In this document: one piece after another, positions 46,557 through 55,416 of the stretch | Layout: every line of letters begins with the position of its first letter | Numbering within the stretch: position 1 is the first letter of the stretch | From: an uncultured virus (IMG/VR IMGVR_UViG_3300024270_000055) | Lineage: Duplodnaviria > Heunggongvirae > Uroviricota > Caudoviricetes | Virus record (IMG/VR): IMGVR_UViG_3300024270_000055 | Length of the DNA: 64,000 nt | Strand: one strand, 5' to 3' | The notes under the pieces: generated by a model | Database searches by the model: none | Told to the model about the DNA's origin: nothing | The model's input: the letters and a program-made list of their open reading frames with translations, nothing else | Translations under genes and position numbers: made by a program

Positions 46557-46922
46557 ATGAGAAAATTTAACCCTGTAGGCATAACAGCCCTTGAATATCG
46601 GGAGTACAAGCAGAACGGCTGTATTCGGGTAAAGGACTACCCTATTCCAAGCAAGAAAAAGTTTGACCCCGAAAATGAGGAAATCAAGTTCACGTTGTTT
46701 GAGATGCTTGACATCGAACGGAGTTTTAATTGGGGTAAAGTAAGGATAGCGCACTCATTCTCTTTCGGTGTCCTTAACATCGAGCAGGTGTTCGGAGGTT
46801 ATGAGATACATGCGGAAGACTGGACAATGAGACCTCTTATAGTGAGAAGGTTGAAGAAGTTCGGTCTGTATGCTGAAATTGAAGATGACGGATTCATCTA
46901 TGTAAAGAAGAGACTACTTTAA
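46557..46922 (+). CDS. Hypothetical protein
   Basis: ATG at 46557 preferred; the upstream extension overlaps a structured RNA candidate. Confidence 0.55.
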   Translation: MRKFNPVGITALEYREYKQNGCIRVKDYPIPSKKKFDPENEEIKFTLFEMLDIERSFNWGKVRIAHSFSFGVLNIEQVFGGYEIHAEDWTMRPLIVRRLKKFGLYAEIEDDGFIYVKKRLL

Positions 46923-47056
46923 CTCAAATAGTTATTAAAGGTTTAATCACAAGCTAAGCGTAGCTTTCGTTTATGTTGTTAAACATATAATTTTTCCTTC
47001 CCCCTTGTGAAAGTCGGAAGGTTTTTAGTGAAACATCTTTTTAAAATATATGGAAC

Positions 47057-47347
47057 ATGGAAGAAAATGAAGTAAAGACAAAGAAATGCACGAAATGCGG
47101 AATGGAAAAGCCTCTTTCTGAATTTGCCTTAAACAGAAAAGCGAAGGATGGGCTTCAGCATTACTGCAAGGATTGTTCCAATAGGGTCAACTCAGAACGT
47201 TATTGGAGAAAAAAAAGAGGCGATTGCATAAATAAGGTTTATTTAAACCCAAAATTGGCAGATTTCCAACCGAGGGAACTTATTGCAGAGCTTCGTGCAA
47301 GAGGTTATAGAGGAGAGCTTTCATACACGCAGTGTATCCAAGTATAA
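47057..47347 (+). CDS. Zn-finger protein
   Basis: KKCTKCG.EKPLSEF...YCKDC. Confidence 0.7.
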   Translation: MEENEVKTKKCTKCGMEKPLSEFALNRKAKDGLQHYCKDCSNRVNSERYWRKKRGDCINKVYLNPKLADFQPRELIAELRARGYRGELSYTQCIQV

Positions 47348-47408
47348 TTTTCGTTTTTCATGATTTAAAGTTAACTGACAGACCTCACCACGGGTTGGTG
47401 GGGTACAT

Positions 47409-47474
47409 TCCTTGGTATCTCAATTGGTAGAGCCGTGTTGCACGTGGTTACAGGTTCGAGTCCTGTCCAAGGAG
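47409..47474 (+). tRNA. tRNA-like element with truncated anticodon arm
   Basis: Acceptor TCCTTGG/CCAAGGA, D arm, T arm ACAGG-TTCGAGT-CCTGT; only 16 nt between D and T stems. Confidence 0.75.
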
Positions 47475-47661
47475 CTAGTGATAGTTAATTGAATTGTTTA
47501 ATATTTAAAGAAAAAAAGATAAACAAATAGGAATAAGACTAATATTGTCGAGTTACATATTTGAACACTTCTTTCTTTTAAGACTTGGGCATTCACTTAA
47601 CTGCGCTAAATTGGCAAATAACACTTTAGGTTCTACCTGTCTGTGAAGATGGGTAGAATAT

Positions 47662-47735
47662 GGCTGATTAACTCAACTGCATAGAGTATCTCAATCCTAA
47701 TGAGAAAGTTGAGGGTTGGAGTCCCTCATCAGCCA
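47662..47735 (+). tRNA. tRNA-Arg(CCT), atypical T loop
   Basis: GGCTGAT/ATCAGCC, ACTC/GAGT, TCTCA-ATCCTAA-TGAGA, GAGGG-TTGGAGT-CCCTC. Confidence 0.85.
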
Positions 47736-47953
47736 CTAGGAAGCCCTAGTTTCATTTAATTATTCTAACAACCAAAAGCCCTTCCGAAAGGTATCTAGTA
47801 GGTCGTCCCGTGAAAGGTTCGGGTTATGTCAATATCAGCTTACTATAAATTTAATCACATGGGGCTTCCAACACATTTTACTTTGGAATCATAGTATTTA
47901 TTTTTGTGTTTAACGGCATCTGTCTGTGAAGATAGATGCCTTTCTTCTTGATT

Positions 47954-48235
47954 ATGAAAACATTATATAGATTATTGGAAAAGCTTCTGTGGAAAGTCGG
48001 TGACTGCATGGAAGCGAAAGGAAGTTTCCCGTTCGGGAATTGTATCGTGAAATACTCCCTGACTGAAAGCGGAGACGAGATTGAGGTTTACAATCCGATG
48101 AAAGGCACATTCATGGATAATGTGTCTGAATGGCTGCTGCTGAATGTTGGTGACAGATGTACACAATCTTTCAACGAATGGAATGAGCACGGATTCCGTG
48201 ATGAAGCAGATTATTTGAAATATAAATTTGGATAA
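47954..48235 (+). CDS. Hypothetical protein
   Basis: ORF ending GFRDEADYLKYKFG. Confidence 0.6.
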   Translation: MKTLYRLLEKLLWKVGDCMEAKGSFPFGNCIVKYSLTESGDEIEVYNPMKGTFMDNVSEWLLLNVGDRCTQSFNEWNEHGFRDEADYLKYKFG

Positions 48236-48237
48236 GT

Positions 48238-48966
48238 ATGGAAATTAAAGGTAAGGTACATCTTCTGTTCGAGCAAAGCGGTACTTTTAAGAATGCCTTC
48301 AAAAAACTCGGTTACGAAGCGTATTGCTATGACATTCAGAACAATTTTGGAGAAACAGACTTTCAAATAGACATCTTTTCAGAGATAGAAAAAGCGTACG
48401 AGGGGGGGCAAGAATCAATCTTTGACAAAATGACAAAGGATGATTTAATATTGGCTTTTTTCCCCTGCATATACTTCTGTGCAACTAGCCAAATGGCTTT
48501 CAGTTACGGATACACGAACTATCGCAAGCTGAATATCATAGAGAAAACCGAGAAGATTCTTGAACGCTCAAAGAACAGGGAATATTTCTTTTCTCTAGCC
48601 GTGAAGATGCTGTCGGTTGCTACACATAAGGGTCTAAGGCTAATTATGGAAAATCCTTGGAGCGAACAGACATTCTTGAAAGCCAACTTCGTAATGCCGC
48701 CTACTTTGGTTGACAACAACAGGATGTTGAGAGGTGACTATTACGTTAAGCCTACAGCATATTGGTATATCAATTGTGAACCGACACATGGAAAATCCTA
48801 TCAGAACGACAAGGAAAAGAAAACGATAATGAAATCCAAGGGTGCATCAAGAGCGGGTCTTTGTTCCGAAGAACGAAGCCTTATCAGTCCAGATTACGCC
48901 CGTAATTTCGTATGTGACTTTATCCTAGGTAAAGAGCAGAAACATACAATGAGAAGTTTGTTTTAA
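48238..48966 (+). CDS. Putative DNA cytosine methyltransferase
   Basis: LFEQSG (motif I-like), AFFPC (motif IV), MENP (motif VI), KPT. Confidence 0.7.
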   Translation: MEIKGKVHLLFEQSGTFKNAFKKLGYEAYCYDIQNNFGETDFQIDIFSEIEKAYEGGQESIFDKMTKDDLILAFFPCIYFCATSQMAFSYGYTNYRKLNIIEKTEKILERSKNREYFFSLAVKMLSVATHKGLRLIMENPWSEQTFLKANFVMPPTLVDNNRMLRGDYYVKPTAYWYINCEPTHGKSYQNDKEKKTIMKSKGASRAGLCSEERSLISPDYARNFVCDFILGKEQKHTMRSLF

Positions 48967-49609
48967 TCAATTAAATTATAAATCATGGAAATATCTATTA
49001 AAACCAAGTTTGACTTAGGTCAGACTATCGTTGCGTTCGTTGGCAGCAAGAATAAGTTGATTCCTTTTGTAGTAACCCGAATCGACTTCGGATATACGAA
49101 AGACGGGGCTGACATTTGGTATCACGGAGATGACAATATAATTGCAAGGGAGTGTAATTGCTTTTCGTCCAAGGAAGAATTCATCGCACAATTATGAAAC
49201 TGAAACCAAAGCTGCTTGCAGCTATAATAATAATTTCTTTCATTTCTGTATTGATGACAGGATGTGAAGCCCATAGACCAGAAACGGCTGTGGGTTTTGC
49301 GTTCTGGATTTCATTCGGTGTCTTTGCGGCATCAATGATACATCTTGCAAAGAATGACAAGTATTATAGCAAGTATATAGATGAACACATTGGATAACAA
49401 GTGTCTCTTTCAGTTGTACGACGAACTCGACCAACTGATTGAAGAGCGGAAGCATCTGAAGCAATACCGCCACGTTCCCGAAGGACGTACTCTTGAAGAA
49501 GTCTTGCAGGAACTCGACGAGGAAGAGATTTATATAAGACAGAAGATTGACGAACTCTCAATCGTTCAGTCGGATTACTTTGATGAAGAATTTTAAAACT
49601 TAGATAGAA

Positions 49610-50413
49610 ATGTCGAATCAAACAACAGCAGTTACCCTCAAATCAATGTTGGGTAACGAAAACGTCAAGGCTAGATTCCATGAAATCCTTGGCAAGAAAG
49701 CACCGGGATTCATCAGTTCAATCCTTTCAGTGGCAAACAGCAATGCATTATTGCAGAAGGCAGACCCTAAGACCGTGATGAACGCAGCGGTAATAGCCGC
49801 AACCCTCGATTTGCCTATCAACCCAAGTTTAGGCTTTGCTTACATAGTCCCTTTCGGTGGTCAGGCTCAGTTCCAATTGGGATGGAAAGGGATTACCCAG
49901 CTGTGCATGAGGTCGGGTCAGTACGCAAAGATTGAAGTAAACGAAGTGTATGAAGGTGAGGTAAAAATCAAGAACCGATTCACGGGTGAATATGAGTTCG
50001 GGGAAGCAACTTCTGATAAGATTGTCGGATTTCTCGCTTTCTTCAAACTGAATAACGGATTTGAAAAGTACCTCTATATGACCAAGGAAGAATGCGAAGC
50101 TCACGGCAAGAAATACTCGCAAACATTCAAGAGAGGGGGAGGTCTTTGGGCTTCGGACTTCAATTCAATGGCAAAAAAGACGGTATTGAAGCAGCTTCTT
50201 TCAAAATTCGGTATCATGTCAATCGAAATGCAACGAGCGCAAATTTTCGACCAAGCCGTTGTCAAGAATGACTTGATTGAAGAAAATGTGGACGAAGCTG
50301 AAGTTGAATACGTTGACAATCCTTCCAATGCTGATGCCCGTAGACAAGCTATGAAGGAAGCTATGGAAGAAGCGGAAGTTGTAGACACTGAAACTGGAGA
50401 GTTGTTCAAATGA
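49610..50413 (+). CDS. recT: RecT-family single-strand annealing protein
   Basis: LDLPINPSLGFAYIVPF, AQFQLGWKG, MAKKTVLK. Confidence 0.92.
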   Translation: MSNQTTAVTLKSMLGNENVKARFHEILGKKAPGFISSILSVANSNALLQKADPKTVMNAAVIAATLDLPINPSLGFAYIVPFGGQAQFQLGWKGITQLCMRSGQYAKIEVNEVYEGEVKIKNRFTGEYEFGEATSDKIVGFLAFFKLNNGFEKYLYMTKEECEAHGKKYSQTFKRGGGLWASDFNSMAKKTVLKQLLSKFGIMSIEMQRAQIFDQAVVKNDLIEENVDEAEVEYVDNPSNADARRQAMKEAMEEAEVVDTETGELFK

Positions 50414-51054
50414 TAGAGGAAGTTTGGGTAGACATAGAAGGGTTTGAGGGATTGTATCAAGTTAGTTCTATGGGGAGAGTGAAATCATTCGATAGAGTAA
50501 CAAGAAATATAATCAGACCTTTTATAAAAAAAGGAAGAATACTTAAGCCAAATCCAGATGGACATGGATATGTTTACGTTACTCTTTTTAAAGATGGCAT
50601 ACGTAGTAGAGTGAAGGTTCATAGATTGGTAGCCAATGCTTTTATTCCTAACCCAGAGAATAAACCCGAAATAGACCATATAAACTCTATTCGTGACGAT
50701 AATAGATTAGAAAATTTAAGATGGGTCACAAGGTCTGAAAATAATAAAAATCCAATTTGGATTGAGAGACAAAGGGCTGCGGCTGTTGGTCGTGTCATTC
50801 TTCCTGAAACTCGTATAAAAATATCTCAAAAATGCAAGGGGCATAGGGTGAACATGGAAGCTATTCAGAAGATGGCTGAATCCAGAATGAGGGCTGTTGA
50901 AGCGTATGATGCCAATTGGATTTTAATTAAATCTTTCAAGAATCTTTCTGAAGCATGCGAGTTTGCAAATGTTTCAAAAATGGCGATAGTTAATGCTTGT
51001 AAAGGGAAAACAAAAACAAGCGGTGGGTATAAATGGAAATATAAACAATTATAA
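50410..51054 (+). CDS. NUMOD4-HNH homing endonuclease with C-terminal NUMOD1-like domain
   Basis: EVWVDIEGFEGLYQVSSMGRVKS; VHRLVA...IDHIN..RDDNRLENLRW; GGYKWKY. Confidence 0.92.
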   Translation: MIEEVWVDIEGFEGLYQVSSMGRVKSFDRVTRNIIRPFIKKGRILKPNPDGHGYVYVTLFKDGIRSRVKVHRLVANAFIPNPENKPEIDHINSIRDDNRLENLRWVTRSENNKNPIWIERQRAAAVGRVILPETRIKISQKCKGHRVNMEAIQKMAESRMRAVEAYDANWILIKSFKNLSEACEFANVSKMAIVNACKGKTKTSGGYKWKYKQL

Positions 51055-51725
51055 TGGAAAAACAGAATACTGCGGAATGGATGAAAGCCCGCCTTGGTCG
51101 CTTCAACGGGAGTGCGATAGGCGAGCTTATGACCAAAGGAAAGAAAAATGGCGAAGTTTTCGGAAAGGTAGCCTTGACATATATCTTTCAGATTGCAAGT
51201 GAGAGAGACCTGATTTCAGCCTACAAGGAGGACGACTACCTGTGGGAGATGTATCAGAGTCAGGTGTCCTCATATAGTAAGTATTTCGATTGGGGGCATG
51301 AGCAAGAACCTTTTGCTATCGAGGAATACGAGAAAAGGACTGGCAGGATGTGCGAGGAGACTGGGAGCGTATGCCATCCAACAATACCGAACTATGCAGC
51401 CTCCCCAGACAGGTTTTCTTATGACGGTAGTGAAAGGATTGTGGTTGAAGTAAAGTCTCCTACCCCGAAGGTCTATATGCAATATCGAAATGAAATCAAT
51501 GACAACGAATCCTTGAAGGCTGTCAAACCTAAGTATTATTACCAAATCCAAAGTCAGCTCCATTGCACAGGATTAAAGAGTGCTGACCTAGTGTGCTTCT
51601 GTCCGTTCTTGAAACATCCTATCCACATCGTCCGCATAACAGCAGACGAAGAGGTACAGAAAGAGATTGAATTCCGAATCTCGGAAGCTGAAAAAATTAT
51701 TGAATCAATTTTAAATAACAAATAA
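51054..51725 (+). CDS. YqaJ/lambda-exonuclease-family protein
   Basis: EWMKARLG, WGHEQEP, ASPD, VEVKSP, YYYQIQ. Confidence 0.9.
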   Translation: MEKQNTAEWMKARLGRFNGSAIGELMTKGKKNGEVFGKVALTYIFQIASERDLISAYKEDDYLWEMYQSQVSSYSKYFDWGHEQEPFAIEEYEKRTGRMCEETGSVCHPTIPNYAASPDRFSYDGSERIVVEVKSPTPKVYMQYRNEINDNESLKAVKPKYYYQIQSQLHCTGLKSADLVCFCPFLKHPIHIVRITADEEVQKEIEFRISEAEKIIESILNNK

Positions 51726-51776
51726 TATGGATTATAACTATATCCCCGATTGGTGGATGCCAAATACTAAATAACT

Positions 51777-52058
51777 ATGAACAAGATTAAGATTTTTAAC
51801 GAACAGGAAAGAGTGAAGATTGAATTCGACTTTGAAAACGTCGAGGTGGCTAGACAATACTTCAACGACGATGAATGCATCAAAGACATTGCGGAAGCAT
51901 TGAAGGATGAAGATGACAACGAAGGTAAAGAAGAAGCGACTAGCCCCGAAATAGAAAACATTAAGAATAGCCTTCGTGACCTCATGAGAACTGCGCCGAT
52001 GTCTGTCTTGACCAGCTTGCAGGGCATGATTGACGAAGAACTTGGTAAACGTGAATGA
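51777..52058 (+). CDS. Acidic hypothetical protein
   Basis: 93-aa ORF. Confidence 0.55.
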   Translation: MNKIKIFNEQERVKIEFDFENVEVARQYFNDDECIKDIAEALKDEDDNEGKEEATSPEIENIKNSLRDLMRTAPMSVLTSLQGMIDEELGKRE

Positions 52059-52059
52059 T

Positions 52060-52461
52060 ATGTTCTACGAGGTAAAGGTCAAAGTGGAGCGTGAAAACTC
52101 CAAGGGAGAACTCAAGAAAGTAACCGAACACTACATCGTTGACGGTTGTGAGCTGTTCGCTGAAATTGAAGCAAAAGCCTTCGAAGAGTTCGGAAACGAT
52201 TGTGACGTGTTCTTCATTGCACGGAGCAAGATTGTTGAAATTGTCAATTGGAAGGAAATCGGGAAGCCGTTCTTCAAGGCTACGGTGGTAGATACCTTCA
52301 CGGACGATGACGGGAACGAAAAGGAAACCAAGTATCAGATGCTTGTATGCGCCAAGGACATTGCCGAGGCAAACAAGATTATGTCTGAGCATTTAAAACA
52401 AGGATTTGATATGCACTTGGACGGTATCACCAAAACAAAGATTTTAGACGTGCTTACTTAA
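52060..52461 (+). CDS. DUF4494-like protein
   Basis: FYEVKVK...KKVTEHYIV...FFKATV...TKILDV. Confidence 0.7.
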   Translation: MFYEVKVKVERENSKGELKKVTEHYIVDGCELFAEIEAKAFEEFGNDCDVFFIARSKIVEIVNWKEIGKPFFKATVVDTFTDDDGNEKETKYQMLVCAKDIAEANKIMSEHLKQGFDMHLDGITKTKILDVLT

Positions 52462-52607
52462 TCATAGATTGTTGTGGCTTGTGTGTAAAGTCGAGTGGGG
52501 CATGTTCCTCAATGGTTCACCACGGTAGATACTGATACAGGGCTTTGGATGTTTTTTCAGGAGATTTTTTCCATCCATCCCCCGTATTCCTTGACGGGGG
52601 ACAACTC

Positions 52608-52757
52608 CACGGGATAGTTCATATTGATAGAATATCGGTAGTTATAGGCGCAAGCAATGTGTGTTTTTGTCATGTTTGATATTGTTTATTGTTAGTAACC
52701 CTCATATATTTCATGCCTGCAAAACCGAAGAAAGAGGGTCGTTACCTCTTCCCGTGA
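52608..52757 (+). tRNA. tRNA(GCA)-like cloverleaf interrupted by a 77-nt insert
   Basis: CACGGGA/TCCCGTG, GTTC/GAAT, TCGGT-[52640-52716]-CTGCAAA-ACCGA, AGAGG-GTCGTTA-CCTCT. Confidence 0.75.
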
Positions 52758-52859
52758 CGACATTGTTTTTAAGTTTTATTGTGTTTAACCGAAAGCCCTT
52801 TGGCTGTAGCCATCGTGGAGTGCAAGGTTCTCCTGTTATTGATATAGCAATGTATAGCA

Positions 52860-52928
52860 ACCCCGTTAGTTTACATAGAAGAACGCCATTGCACTTTGGA
52901 GAAGGCGGAGCATTACCGCCACGGGGAA
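52860..52928 (+). tRNA. tRNA-like element with shortened anticodon arm
   Basis: CCCCGT/ACGGGG, GTTT/GAAC, CCA-TTGCACTT-TGG, GGCGG-AGCATTA-CCGCC. Confidence 0.65.
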
Positions 52929-53145
52929 CAACACAGACTGTCATTGTTTGTATTTTAAGTGGTTAATGTGGGCGGAAGTCATTCGGTTGGCTTCCGTTCT
53001 CTAAATTAAAGGCGTATGGTACTGAAGATAAACAAAGGCGACTATGAAAGGTTGATTGGTGCGTTGGAGGTCGCAAGGGAATCGGAGACCAACGCAAACA
53101 AGAAACGATTATACAATCTAACACGAAAGAAACTGAATAGACAAA

Positions 53146-53583
53146 ATGAAATACTTCTCAAAAAAAGTAAGAAACCAGTACGGAGAGTTTGATTCCGAAA
53201 CTGAATTCAACAGGTATCTATACCTGAAACACCTTGAAGATGTCGGGGAAATCAGAGACTTGCAAAGACAGGTGAGGTTCGAGATTATCCCTAAGCTGGT
53301 CAAGAATGTGGAAGTACAATTGAAGACAAAGGTCAAGATTGTGCAGAAAGTGGAAGAAAAGGCTGCCCACTACACCTGTGATTTCACTTACATCGAGAAA
53401 GGCGGTAAGTACATCATAGAAGAACAAAAGAGCCAAGGCACTGTGTTAGCACGTGACTATCCACTGCGCAAGAAGCTGATTAAGCAGATTATCCATAAAC
53501 ATAATGAGGAGGTGGGATTCGAAGATTGGCTGTTCAGAGAAATACTTCCACCTCCACCGAAAAGAAAGAGAAAATCAAAATAA
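53146..53583 (+). CDS. DUF1064-like nuclease-fold protein
   Basis: FDSETE..RY..LK...GEIRDLQRQVRF...YTCDFTY...EEQK. Confidence 0.75.
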   Translation: MKYFSKKVRNQYGEFDSETEFNRYLYLKHLEDVGEIRDLQRQVRFEIIPKLVKNVEVQLKTKVKIVQKVEEKAAHYTCDFTYIEKGGKYIIEEQKSQGTVLARDYPLRKKLIKQIIHKHNEEVGFEDWLFREILPPPPKRKRKSK

Positions 53584-53707
53584 GATAAGTATGTGTTTAA
53601 CGAAAGATAAGTATCTTCCACCGTGAGGATGCTTATCTTATTCAAGAAAGATTAGTATGTGATTGCAAAAAACAAAGAATAATATTTGGCATTTCAAAAA
53701 GAAGCCG

Positions 53708-53920
53708 TATATTTGCAGTGCTCAAACATAATTCAAAGGCAGACGGAAGCCTGCTAATAGTAGGCATTTTTTTATGTCTATGCAGCACTGTATATATGCT
53801 ATACGGCTGTCTAACCCCGTTGGAGAGATTAATGTCCTCCTGACTGCCTTTGGTATGTTTGAGCCCGGGAAGTGGACAGCCGTTTCTCTGTCCTATAATG
53901 CCAATAAAGCTCATATAATT
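53708..53920 (+). ncRNA. Structured leader/antisense-RNA-like element upstream of the antirepressor
   Basis: Promoter, terminator and internal complementary boxes (see findings). Confidence 0.65.
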
Positions 53921-54724
53921 ATGGCAAACGAAATTCAAATTTTTGAAAATCCTAAATTTGGGAATGTACGCATTCAAATGAATGCAAGTGGTGAACCAAT
54001 GTTTTGCTTGGTAGATGTTGCATCCGCACTTGACATCAAGAACACAAGCGACTTAAAAGCGAGATTGAATCCTAATGGGGTCGTTATTACCGAGGTCATA
54101 GATTCAATGGGAAGAGTCCAGCAAGCCACTTTTGTTAATGAAGGTAATTTGTATAAATGTATCTTCAAGAGTAGAAGACCTGACGCTGAACAATTCCAAG
54201 ATTGGGTATGCGATGATGTCCTCCCATCCATCCGAAAGACGGGTAGCTATTCAATCACAAACAAACCCAAGCGTGAACCTTCATTGACAACAAAAGTAAG
54301 AGTAGGTCTTGAATGGGTGAAGGGTGTGAGTGAAATCCTTAACCTCAACGATTCATCAAAGCTTCTACTTCTTGGGAAGGTAGCAAAACCTCTTGAACTC
54401 CCGTTGCCCGACTACACTCCAAGCAAGGGTATATTGAAATCGGCATCCGACCTTCTGAAAGAACGTGGTCTGCAAATATCATCCCGTGAGTTCAACACGA
54501 GAGCAATCGAAAAAGGATTCCTCTGTGAGATGGAACGCAAGTCAAAGCACGGTGCTAAGAAATTCTTCAAATCAATAACAAAGAAAGGTCTTCCATTCGG
54601 AGAAAACCAAGTTAGTCCACACAACCCGAATAGTACACAGCCGCATTGGTATGTGGAAAAGTTCGATGAGTTGCTTGGCTTGGTAGGTATTCAGATAGCA
54701 GGAGGGCTTGTCTATGGAAACTAA
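53921..54724 (+). CDS. BRO-N domain antirepressor-like protein
   Basis: IQIFENPKFGNVR...FCLVDV...EGNLY..IFKSRRPDAEQFQDWV..DVLPSIRKTGSY. Confidence 0.9.
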   Translation: MANEIQIFENPKFGNVRIQMNASGEPMFCLVDVASALDIKNTSDLKARLNPNGVVITEVIDSMGRVQQATFVNEGNLYKCIFKSRRPDAEQFQDWVCDDVLPSIRKTGSYSITNKPKREPSLTTKVRVGLEWVKGVSEILNLNDSSKLLLLGKVAKPLELPLPDYTPSKGILKSASDLLKERGLQISSREFNTRAIEKGFLCEMERKSKHGAKKFFKSITKKGLPFGENQVSPHNPNSTQPHWYVEKFDELLGLVGIQIAGGLVYGN

Positions 54725-54950
54725 CCCAATCTTCATCAGCAAGAACCTTTCGGATTTCATCATCAAATACCGTAAAGACCAAGAACTCGTATCAAATGAA
54801 ATGAGAACGATAGCCGACGCCATGTGCGGACTCGACATAACCATATCGGGATTGCATGTGGACAAGAGAACTGAATCATTGCTCAAAAGTGCTATGGATG
54901 CAATCTCATCCTATCATTGGATTCTTGGCATGATAGCCGAAAGACAATAA
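54708..54950 (+). CDS. Hypothetical protein
   Basis: Overlaps the end of the BRO gene. Confidence 0.55.
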   Translation: MSMETNPIFISKNLSDFIIKYRKDQELVSNEMRTIADAMCGLDITISGLHVDKRTESLLKSAMDAISSYHWILGMIAERQ

Positions 54951-55014
54951 TCAACAAGTTTATTAACCTATGTAGGGTGTGTCAAATGATGCACCCTGCT
55001 ATACCTATACCCTT

Positions 55015-55416
55015 ATGACAAAGACATTACCCGAAATCGCACACGAATATGCGGAACAGAATCCGAACGTGAGCGTGGAGCTTGCATTCCTCGAAGGGAT
55101 GCTTTACCATTCAAAGCAAGAGAATGACAAGATTGACAAAAGACAGACAAAGTTCAAGCAAGAACTCTCTCTGTATGTCTCCAAGTACGGAGCGTCAATG
55201 ATAACCGAGTTTTATGAGTATTGGTCGGAACTCAATAAGTCTGGAACAAAAATGCGTTTTGAGCAGCAAAAGACTTGGGAACTTAGCAAGAGATTGAAAC
55301 GATGGTCGGATAACAACAAGAAGTATGGCAACAGAAATAACTTTAGAAGACAGGAAAGCAGAGGTGGTGAGAGTCTTTTCGACGCAGCCAATGCTCTACT
55401 GCAAGAATATCAGTAA
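55015..55416 (+). CDS. Replication-module protein (initiator C-terminal-like)
   Basis: EFYEYWSE...MRFEQQKTWELSKRLKRW. Confidence 0.55.
   Translation: MTKTLPEIAHEYAEQNPNVSVELAFLEGMLYHSKQENDKIDKRQTKFKQELSLYVSKYGASMITEFYEYWSELNKSGTKMRFEQQKTWELSKRLKRWSDNNKKYGNRNNFRRQESRGGESLFDAANALLQEYQ

Noticed and set aside
47662..47735. Amber-suppressor tRNA (CTA) or stop-codon recoding
   Set aside because: The 7-nt loop ATCCTAA centres on CCT; genes are intact in the standard code and some end in TAG
52661..52966. ORFs 52661..52966 (+) and 52711..52944 (-)
   Set aside because: They run through two tRNA-like folds and have atypical composition
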